Assembly (NCBI GenBank): GCA_036257535.1
Contig: DATAFJ010000027.1
Coordinates: 20,636 to 84,635, forward strand
From: Vicinamibacterales bacterium
GTDB taxonomy: Bacteria > Acidobacteriota > Vicinamibacteria > Vicinamibacterales > 2-12-FULL-66-21
DNA: 64,000 nt
Direction of reading: 5' to 3'
Below the pieces are notes generated by a model, which saw only the letters and a list, made by a program, of their open reading frames with translations, was not told where the DNA came from and made no database searches. Of the stretch, positions 9,649 to 16,863 are shown piece after piece; within the stretch, counting starts at the first letter, position 1, and each line of letters starts with the position of its first letter. Made by a program: the position numbers and the translations under genes.

Positions 9649-10798
9649 CGGCCCGTGCCTCGCGAATGCGCTCGCCATGAAGCGCCGCCTCTTCCCACGC
9701 TCGAAATAGCGGGTTCAGGGCAATCGGCCAGGGCCTCGTGCGCGCGTACTCGCGCGCGGCGCGTCCCATCGCGAGCTTCACGTCGGCGTCGCGAAGCAGA
9801 TCGTCCAGCCGCCAGCAGAAGCTCAGTGCATCCCCGGCAATGCAGACGAACCCGGTCGTGCCAGGCAGAATGTTTTCCGCCGGCCCGCCCGCATCCGCGA
9901 CGAGAACCGGTAATCCGCACGCCTGCGCTTCGAGGACCACGTTGCCCGCCGAATCGGTCGTGCTGGGAAAGACGAATACGTCGGCGGACGCCATGGTCTG
10001 CGCCACGGCGTCGTGCGGCAGTGTTCCGGTGAAGATCGCGTCGGGGCAGAGACTCTTGAGCTCTTCGCGCATCGGTCCGTCGCCGACGAAGATGAAACGA
10101 TGCGCAATGTGATGGCGGATGAGCGCCGTCTGGAGGTCGTCGAAGAGCGCCAGGCCCTTCTCGCGCGACAGCCGACCCGCATACAGGAACGCCGGACGCC
10201 GATCGCTGACTCCCCATCGCTCGCGAACGGCATTGGAACGCCGATCCGGCGTGAACGTCGCCGTATCCACGCCTCGCTTCCAGATCCTGAGCTTTGCGCG
10301 GTCGAAACCGCTCGCCGCCAGCAGGCGTAGCGTGGCCTCGGACGGCCCGAGCAGCGTCCTGCTCGGCCGATACGTCCAGTTCATGTAGCGCTGCATCGCG
10401 CGCCCCAGCATCTCCGAGCCGCTCAAGTGCGTCGCATATTCGGCGAGGTGGGTGTGAAAGCTGCCCACCATCGGCAACGCGAGCTTCGCCGCCACGTACC
10501 GGCCGGCGAGCCCGACCGGCCCGGGCGTCGTCACGTGCACGACCGAGATGCCATCGGCGACCACGCGACGAGTGAAGGCTCGCAGCCGTGGCAGATACAT
10601 CCGCATCTCGCGATAGAAAGGGATGCCCACCCCCAGCGACTTCAACGCGACGTAGTGCGGCGTATCGACTTCGAGATCCGCGCAGGTATAGATTCGGGGC
10701 TCGATATGCGACGGCGCGTGCCGCAGCAACGCCCTCAGCGTCGTCGTGACGCCGTTGACCTTGTCGAAGTCGTTGTCGGTGAAGACCGCGACCCGCAT
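9611..10798 (-). CDS. GT4-family glycosyltransferase (SqdX/glycolipid-synthase-like)
   Basis: Frame of ORF 9611..10963. ATG 10798 (MRVAVFTDNDFDKVNGVTTTL) overlaps the upstream stop (TGATG). SFHTHLAEY, and C-terminal VLEAQACGLPVLVADAGGPAENI matches the GT-B E..G.P...GG..E motif. Confidence 0.85.
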   Translation of the reverse strand: MRVAVFTDNDFDKVNGVTTTLRALLRHAPSHIEPRIYTCADLEVDTPHYVALKSLGVGIPFYREMRMYLPRLRAFTRRVVADGISVVHVTTPGPVGLAGRYVAAKLALPMVGSFHTHLAEYATHLSGSEMLGRAMQRYMNWTYRPSRTLLGPSEATLRLLAASGFDRAKLRIWKRGVDTATFTPDRRSNAVRERWGVSDRRPAFLYAGRLSREKGLALFDDLQTALIRHHIAHRFIFVGDGPMREELKSLCPDAIFTGTLPHDAVAQTMASADVFVFPSTTDSAGNVVLEAQACGLPVLVADAGGPAENILPGTTGFVCIAGDALSFCWRLDDLLRDADVKLAMGRAAREYARTRPWPIALNPLFRAWEEAALHGERIREARAVTASPGPQPAAR

Positions 10799-11703
10799 CA
10801 GGCAACCTCCGGCACCCGAAGGCCCGGACGCGCGACGAGGTCGAAGAGCAGGGCGCGGTTGAAGCGCATCTCGAGCACGAAGTGGCCGAGCGCGACGGCC
10901 AGCGGGATCGCGATCAGCGGCATCCCGAGCGTGGCGCAGACGAACAGCGCCTGGCGCCGCCACCGCAGGGGGCGCTCGATCATCCGGCCCGCCTGTTCCT
11001 GATAGAAGCCGGACGCGACGCGGAAGATGTCGGACGCCATCGTGAAGTAGTTGCCCTGACGGCCTCCCACACGCACCCGGCCGGCGCGCAGCCCCTGCAG
11101 GAACTCCTCGCGGTTGCGCGCCTCCGGCACTTCGACCCAGGTCAGGCCGATGCCGCGACGGGTGTGCGAATCGCTCCCCGCGATGGGCACGCGTCCGTAC
11201 GCCTCGGCGAGCGACCGCGCCGTCTGGTTCTGGCTGCCGAGGCGCGATCCGTTGACCACCTCGACGCCATCCACCCAGGGGATGAGCGCCGCGATGTGTC
11301 TTGCGGTGATCGAGCCGTTGATTCGTGATGCGACGTGATTGACCGTCGTGAAGATCCGCTCCTGCCGCAGGTACGGCAGCAGCTCCGTGACGTCGTGCCG
11401 CAGACGCTGGATCTCGCGGTGCTGCGCCTCGTTGATGCCCAGGACGCCCAGGTGGACGCGCACGGAATCGTTTGGAAAGGCGCCGGTGACTTCGCAGCCG
11501 ACGATGACGTCCGGCCGATCCGCGATCGTCAGCGCACCGTCAATCCGATCGTGATCAGTGATCGCGACGAGATCCATGCCGCGCGTCTTCGCGCGCCGAT
11601 ACACGCCCTCTGGCGTGTTGTACGACTCGCGCATCAGGCGGTCGAGCGGACGGATGGTCGAATGGCCCGAATAGACGGTATGTACGTGGGTATCCAGCTT
11701 CAC
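10798..11703 (-). CDS. PHP-domain metal-dependent phosphoesterase with C-terminal membrane helix
   Basis: MKLDTHVHTVYSGHS, DLVAITDHD and GSDSH are PHP metal-ligand motifs. The C-terminal hydrophobic segment is LFVCATLGMPLIAIPLAVALGHFVL. Confidence 0.85.
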   Translation of the reverse strand: MKLDTHVHTVYSGHSTIRPLDRLMRESYNTPEGVYRRAKTRGMDLVAITDHDRIDGALTIADRPDVIVGCEVTGAFPNDSVRVHLGVLGINEAQHREIQRLRHDVTELLPYLRQERIFTTVNHVASRINGSITARHIAALIPWVDGVEVVNGSRLGSQNQTARSLAEAYGRVPIAGSDSHTRRGIGLTWVEVPEARNREEFLQGLRAGRVRVGGRQGNYFTMASDIFRVASGFYQEQAGRMIERPLRWRRQALFVCATLGMPLIAIPLAVALGHFVLEMRFNRALLFDLVARPGLRVPEVA

Positions 11704-11799
11704 ACGGCCTCCAAACCGCTCCGGCGGAGCCTCGCTAACCGGGGGAGGGGCCCCCGATCGCCAACGAGCCGCGCTTTGCTGGGTTCAAAGCGCTTTCAC

Positions 11800-11886
11800 C
11801 ATGCTGACTGCTGACTGCGGAATGCTGAACGGGGAAGCAGCATCCAGCTCCACACTCAGCAATCCACATTCAGCAGTCAGCAGGGT
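11800..11886. repeat. Palindromic heptamer array (GAATGCT/GATTGCT family)
   Basis: Period-7 parse: ACTGCTG ACTGCGG AATGCTG AACGGGG AAGCAGC ATCCAGC TCCACAC TCAGCAA TCCACAT TCAGCAG TCAGCAG. The left arm (about 11802-11833) is an imperfect reverse complement of the right arm (about 11852-11884), starting with a 13-nt exact match TGCTGACTGCTGA. Confidence 0.8.
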
Positions 11887-11938
11887 CTCAGGAGCGCGTG
11901 ACAGGCCTATGTAGGGCGAATGACAGAGCGGTAAAACT

Positions 11939-13219
11939 TCAGATTTCCCCTCGCGCAGCCGCGGCATCGAGCTCGGCGTCGCTGGCTTCGCGGAACTCGC
12001 CCTCCCACTTGGCGACAACGACAGTGGCCAGGCAGTTTCCGACGACGTTGACCATGGTGCGGCCCATGTCCATGAGCTCGTCGACACCCAGGATCAGCGT
12101 GACGCCCTCGAGCGGCAGGTTGTAGCTCGCCAGCGTCCCCGCGAGGATGACGAGCGACGCGCGCGGCACGCCCGCGACGCCCTTGCTCGTCAGCATGAGC
12201 GTCAGCAGCATCGTGATCTGCTGGCCCACCGTCAGCTCGACGTTCGCCGCCTGCGCGACGAAGACGGCCGCGAGCGACAAGTACAGCGTGCTGCCATCGA
12301 GGTTGAAGCTGTAGCCGAGCGGGAGCACGAACGAGACGATCCGGCGCGGCACGCCGAGCCGCTCGGTGACTTCGAGCGCGCGTGGGAGCGCAGCCTCGCT
12401 GGAAGTCGTCGAGAACGCGATGACCGCCGGCTCCCGTACCGCCTTGATGAACTTCCGGATCGGAATGCGGAAGATCAACATGATCGGCAGGAGCACGAGC
12501 AAGATGAACGCGGCGAGCGCCAGGTACAGCGTCGCGACGAGCCATGCGAGATTCGTGAGAATGCGGACGCCGCCGTGACCCACCGTGTATGCGATGGCGG
12601 CGCCCACGCCGATCGGCGCGTAACGCATCACGATGTTGGTGAACTTGAACATCGTCTCGGCGAGCGCTTCGCACAGCGAGACAATCGGGCGGCCGCGCTC
12701 TCCGAGAAGGTTCAGAGCGATCGCGAAGAAGATACTGAAGATGACGATCTGCAGGACTTCGCCATCCGCCATGGCGCGGATGACGGATTCGGGGACAGTG
12801 TGGAGCAGGATCTGGTCCCACGTCTTCGGCTGCGCGGTGATCTCGCTCTTGTCAGCCGGGAGCCCGACACCGACGCCGGGCCGCATCACGTTGACCGCGA
12901 CCAGACCGACGAGCAGCGCAAGCGTCGTGACGACTTCGAAGTAGATGAGCGCACGCACGCCCATCCGGCCCACGGTGCGCAGGTGGCCCGCTCCGGCAAT
13001 TCCGGCGACGAGCGTGGCGAAGATGAGCGGCGCGATGATCATCTTGATCATCCGCAAAAACAGCTGGCTGAACGGTCTGATGTACGCTGCCCACTCTGCG
13101 TTGTAGTTATTCACGGCCGCGCCGACGGCGATGCCGAGGGCGAGTCCGATCAGAATCTGTTGCGTCAGGGACAGGCGGCGGGGGGCGGGTTCGCTCGCTT
13201 CTGCGGCGGTCGACGGCAT
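11939..13219 (-). CDS. Dicarboxylate/amino acid:cation symporter (DAACS/SDF family, GltP/DctA-like)
   Basis: 426 aa, ATG 13219, many hydrophobic helices. Family-typical stretches: SSEAALPRALEVTE, GVPRASLVILAGTL, NVVGNCLATVVVAKWEG. Confidence 0.9.
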   Translation of the reverse strand: MPSTAAEASEPAPRRLSLTQQILIGLALGIAVGAAVNNYNAEWAAYIRPFSQLFLRMIKMIIAPLIFATLVAGIAGAGHLRTVGRMGVRALIYFEVVTTLALLVGLVAVNVMRPGVGVGLPADKSEITAQPKTWDQILLHTVPESVIRAMADGEVLQIVIFSIFFAIALNLLGERGRPIVSLCEALAETMFKFTNIVMRYAPIGVGAAIAYTVGHGGVRILTNLAWLVATLYLALAAFILLVLLPIMLIFRIPIRKFIKAVREPAVIAFSTTSSEAALPRALEVTERLGVPRRIVSFVLPLGYSFNLDGSTLYLSLAAVFVAQAANVELTVGQQITMLLTLMLTSKGVAGVPRASLVILAGTLASYNLPLEGVTLILGVDELMDMGRTMVNVVGNCLATVVVAKWEGEFREASDAELDAAAARGEI

Positions 13220-13292
13220 CGGGCGGTAGTTTAGACGATTACGTCCAAAGCTGAGCTTGTCCTCCGGCCGCGGGCGCTATACTTCTCGTCGC

Positions 13293-13685
13293 ATGCCGAC
13301 AGCGGAGGGGCGGCTTGTGCTCCTGGTGGAGGACGATCAGAGCGGGCGTGAGATGTACGCCACCGCGCTCGAGCTGAGCGGCCTCCGGGTGGTGCAGGCG
13401 CACAACGGCCTCCAGGCATTCGACAAAGCCATCGCGCTCCGCCCCGACGTAATCGTCACGGATCTCTGTATCCCCGGTATCGACGGACTCGAACTGGCCA
13501 GACGCCTGCGCAGCGACGTCCGAACGCATCACATCCCGATCATCGGCGTCACGGGTTACGCCACGTTCGTGAGCGAGCCCGAGCGGGCGACACGGGCCGG
13601 CTGCGACTGCCTCCTGTTCAAGCCGTGCCTTCCCGATCTGTTGCAGGCGGAGATTACCCGCCGGCTCGAGGACGGGACGTCCTGA
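13293..13685 (+). CDS. Stand-alone CheY-like response regulator receiver
   Basis: LVLLVEDD, phospho-acceptor context DVIVTDLCIPGIDGLEL, IIGVTGY, LFKPCLPDLL (conserved K). ATG 13293. No output domain. Confidence 0.85.
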   Translation: MPTAEGRLVLLVEDDQSGREMYATALELSGLRVVQAHNGLQAFDKAIALRPDVIVTDLCIPGIDGLELARRLRSDVRTHHIPIIGVTGYATFVSEPERATRAGCDCLLFKPCLPDLLQAEITRRLEDGTS

Positions 13686-15120
13686 CGGCACTCGCAAGCT
13701 GCGCAAGCGCACGCGCATCCCGGTTATAGACATCGTCGCGGAACTGCACGGTGCCGTCTTCGTCCGCGCGAACCGTCCAGTACGTCAGGTGTACCGCGAT
13801 CGGTCGGGTCAGCTTGACGTGCTTCTCTTCGCCCGCGTGCATGGCTTCCTTGATGCGGTCCGACGTCCATTCCGGCTGATCCTTCAATAGATACTCGGCG
13901 AGCGCCTGCGGCTGCTCGACGCGGACGCAGCCGTGGCTCAACGCGCGGAATTTTCGCTTGAACAGCGCGTCGGCCGGGGTGTCGTGCAGATACACGTCGT
14001 ATTCGTTCGGGAAGATGAACTTCACGAGGCCGAGCGAGTTCGTCGATCCCGGCCGCTGTCGGAACCGATAGGGGAGCGTTCCCTCCTCGGCCGAGAACGA
14101 GGTCCAGTCGATCTCCTCGACATCCACCTTCTGTCCGGACGTGTCGACGACTTCGATTCCGTTCCGCTCGAGGAACGCAGGGTCCGCCTGCACGGCCGGC
14201 AGCGTTTCTCCTTCGGCGATGCCGTCGGGCACGTTCCAGTACGGGCTGAACACGACGTGCGTCATCGTGTCGCTGAAGACGGGTGTCGGCGTGGACTTCG
14301 CCCCGACGACGACCTTCATTGAGAGTGGAATCTGCCCGGCGTCGTGCACCTCGAGCTCGAAGTCGGGCACGTTGACGAGGATGTAGCGGTCGCCGAGATC
14401 CCGCGGCAGCCAGCGCCAACGCTCGAGGTTCAGCTCAATCTGCCGGACTTGTTTCCCGGCCGCTTCGTTCATCGCGTTCTGTTTGTAGCGAGCGTACGCT
14501 TCGCGCAGGCGGCCGTACTCGGGATGCTGCGGTGCGAACGCGCGAAGGTCTTCGCCGATCGATTGCCGGTCGAGCGATTCAGCCAGGCGTTTCGCAAAGT
14601 CGATCTTCTGCCGCCGGAGCCGCCACAGTTTGTCCGCGGGCCCTTCGACATCGGCGGCGCCGGCTGACAGGTCCGCGGCGTATCGAGTCCACGCCCACGT
14701 GGCGTCGACGTCGAGCCTGGCGATGGCGTCGTCTTCGACGACGTCGGGCCTGAAGCGCTTGTGCGCCCGCGCGCGTACCGTCTGAAGCCGGTCGAGGCCG
14801 TAGCGTTCCGGATCGAGGCCATGGCTGTCGGCCTCTCGCAACGCGACGAGAAGTTCATCGAGGCCCCGCGTCGGCGAGCCGTCGTCCGTCCACATCGGCC
14901 GGTTCTGCCGCGCGCGATAGGCGGTTCGCATCGTCTTCCAGAGCGCAACGCGATCGCGATCGCGTCCGACGCTCGCGGGCGGCGAGGTGAGCAGGCGCTG
15001 AACGTCTGCCGCCTCCCGGTCCAGACGGGCAGAGGAGCCGCCCGAGCACGCCGGAAGGGCGAGCCCTGCCGTGAGTAGAACGCCTGCGACCGTGGCGGTC
15101 GTGTTACCCATCCGTGGCAT
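13654..15120 (-). CDS. L,D-transpeptidase (YkuD catalytic domain, YcbB/LdtD-like architecture)
   Basis: Catalytic motif LHDTPADALFKRKFRALSHGCVRVEQP. Lipoprotein-like signal LTAGLALPACSGG. ATG 15120 chosen (GTG 15132 and ATG 15111 are also possible). Confidence 0.85.
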   Translation of the reverse strand: MPRMGNTTATVAGVLLTAGLALPACSGGSSARLDREAADVQRLLTSPPASVGRDRDRVALWKTMRTAYRARQNRPMWTDDGSPTRGLDELLVALREADSHGLDPERYGLDRLQTVRARAHKRFRPDVVEDDAIARLDVDATWAWTRYAADLSAGAADVEGPADKLWRLRRQKIDFAKRLAESLDRQSIGEDLRAFAPQHPEYGRLREAYARYKQNAMNEAAGKQVRQIELNLERWRWLPRDLGDRYILVNVPDFELEVHDAGQIPLSMKVVVGAKSTPTPVFSDTMTHVVFSPYWNVPDGIAEGETLPAVQADPAFLERNGIEVVDTSGQKVDVEEIDWTSFSAEEGTLPYRFRQRPGSTNSLGLVKFIFPNEYDVYLHDTPADALFKRKFRALSHGCVRVEQPQALAEYLLKDQPEWTSDRIKEAMHAGEEKHVKLTRPIAVHLTYWTVRADEDGTVQFRDDVYNRDARALAQLASAVRTSRPRAGG

Positions 15121-15199
15121 CGTGCGGCCCACCTCGACGGCCTATCTCCACCTCGAGGCAGGAGCTGTGCCATGTGCCGCGTGTCGTATAATTCATCTC

Positions 15200-15556
15200 A
15201 TGTGGACCAAGATGATGGGGGGCCCCCGCAAGAAAGCGCCGAAAACGATCGCGGTGATCGATCCGGACTTGTGCTTCGGGGCGTTCGCGTGCTCGATTTG
15301 TCAGGCGGCGTGTCCCGTGGCAGACTGCATCACCGAGGTCCCGGACCGCGACGGCAGAATGGTCTGCGCCGTGCGCGCCGATCTCTGCATCGGCTGCGGG
15401 CTCTGCGTCACCCTGGGAAATCCGACCGCGCCGCAGCCGCGCGACTTCGGCTGTCCGCCCGACTACGACGCGATCAACATGGTTCCGTTCGAGCAGGTCG
15501 CGAAGCTGGTCGCGGCGGAAGGGGAGACGCAGCCAGCGGAGCAGCCGTCAGCCTGA
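15200..15556 (+). CDS. 4Fe-4S dicluster ferredoxin-like protein
   Basis: Frame of ORF 15071..15556, ATG 15200. Cys clusters CSICQAACP and CIGCGLC. Confidence 0.7.
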   Translation: MWTKMMGGPRKKAPKTIAVIDPDLCFGAFACSICQAACPVADCITEVPDRDGRMVCAVRADLCIGCGLCVTLGNPTAPQPRDFGCPPDYDAINMVPFEQVAKLVAAEGETQPAEQPSA

Positions 15557-16459
15557 TCGGGCGCCGTACCGCGCGCGCCTGGCGGCCTGGTAGTAGCGCG
15601 ACGGCAGCGCGTGCCCGATTTTTTCTTCGATGAAGCTCGACGCCTCGACCAGCGCGTCGAGATCGACGCCGGTTTCGACGCCCAATCCATTCAGCATGTA
15701 GACGACATCCTCGGTTGCGACATTTCCTGTCGCGCCGGGAGCGTAGGGACATCCGCCGAGCCCGCCAGCCGACGAGTCGAACGTGCGCACGTCTCTGTCG
15801 AGCGCGACGAAGATATTAGCGAGCGCCGTGCCGCGGGTATCGTGAAAGTGCAGGGCGATTCGCTCGAGCCCCAGCGCGGGGATGAGCGCCGCAAGCGCCT
15901 CGCGTACCTGCCCGGGGTGGGCGACGCCGATCGTGTCGCTGACAGCGACTTCGAACGCCCCCATTTTCAAAAGACGCTCCGAAACGAAAATCACGCGCTC
16001 GAGCGGCACGTGTCCCTCGAACGGGCATCCGAAGGCGGTCGAGACATATCCCCGCACCCGGAGGCCGGCGTCCGTTGCGCGGCGCGCGACCTCGGCGTAC
16101 ACGGCGAGCGAATCGTCGATCGACTGGTTGATGTTCCGTCGGCTGAACGTCTCCGACGCCGCGGCAAAGATCGCGATCTCGGCTACGCCTGCGGCAATGG
16201 CGCGCTCGAGTCCGGCCGTGTTCGGCACGAGCGCCGTGTAGCGGATCCCGGGCCGTCGCGTGATCGCTGCGAAGACGTCCGCCGCGTCCGCCATCTGCGG
16301 AACCCACTTCGGGCTGACGAATGCAGACACTTCGATGACGGGCAGGCCGGCGGCGGAGAGCCGGTCGACGAAGGTAGCCTTGTCGGCCGTCCCCACGATG
16401 GCGGACTCGTTCTGCAGCCCGTCCCTGGGGCCGACCTCGACGATCGCAACGCGGGTCAC
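15548..16459 (-). CDS. hmgL: Hydroxymethylglutaryl-CoA lyase
   Basis: VAIVEVGPRDGLQNE, HFHDTRGTALAN, GLGGCPYAPGATGNVATED. GTG 16459 overlaps the upstream stop (GTGA). The tracked 403-aa ORF is extended across the BCCP gene. Confidence 0.9.
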   Translation of the reverse strand: MTRVAIVEVGPRDGLQNESAIVGTADKATFVDRLSAAGLPVIEVSAFVSPKWVPQMADAADVFAAITRRPGIRYTALVPNTAGLERAIAAGVAEIAIFAAASETFSRRNINQSIDDSLAVYAEVARRATDAGLRVRGYVSTAFGCPFEGHVPLERVIFVSERLLKMGAFEVAVSDTIGVAHPGQVREALAALIPALGLERIALHFHDTRGTALANIFVALDRDVRTFDSSAGGLGGCPYAPGATGNVATEDVVYMLNGLGVETGVDLDALVEASSFIEEKIGHALPSRYYQAARRARYGARSG

Positions 16460-16863
16460 GTCATCTCCACCAGGATCGATCCGGGCTGCACGAGCTGCCC
16501 TTCGGCGCAGCGTACTTCGGTCACTGTTCCATCCTGCGGCGCGCGAAGCGGCAGCTCCATCTTCATCGCTTCGAGAAGGATCAGCGTTTCCCCGCGGCGA
16601 ACCGTCTTCCCGGGCGCCGTGAGAATCCGGAGCACGGTGGCCGGCATCGGCGCCGACAGGTCGGTCAGCCCGCGTGAACCCCCGCGAACCTTCTCGAACC
16701 CCTTCGAACCTTTTCGAACCTTTTCGAACCTGAAGGTACGTCCATCGATGAAAACCCACGTTGCGTGCTCATCAGCGGCAACGAACGCACGGACGCGGTT
16801 CCCGTCTCGTTCCAGCAGGAGCTCGCCTGGCGCGATATCGGTAATGGTGAACTCGGCGGACAT
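16456..16863 (-). CDS. mccA: Biotin carboxyl carrier (biotinyl domain) subunit, C-terminal part of a split MccA
   Basis: Biotinylation motif EAMKME within GETLILLEAMKMELPLRAPQDGTV. The N-terminal half continues the BT domain. ATG 16863 overlaps the stop of the biotin carboxylase ORF (TGATG). Confidence 0.8.
   Translation of the reverse strand: MSAEFTITDIAPGELLLERDGNRVRAFVAADEHATWVFIDGRTFRFEKVRKGSKGFEKVRGGSRGLTDLSAPMPATVLRILTAPGKTVRRGETLILLEAMKMELPLRAPQDGTVTEVRCAEGQLVQPGSILVEMT
16671..16730. repeat. Six 10-bp units each ending CGAACC/TGAACC, inside the BCCP linker coding region
   Basis: cgcgtgaacc cccgcgaacc ttctcgaacc ccttcgaacc ttttcgaacc ttttcgaacc. On the sense strand this encodes FEKVRKGSKG FEKVRGGSRG. 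Confidence 0.85.

Noticed and set aside
15548-16759. 403-aa version of the HMG-CoA lyase ORF
   Set aside because: The first ~100 codons overlap the BCCP gene in another frame. The lyase family sequence starts at GTG 16459, which overlaps the BCCP stop.
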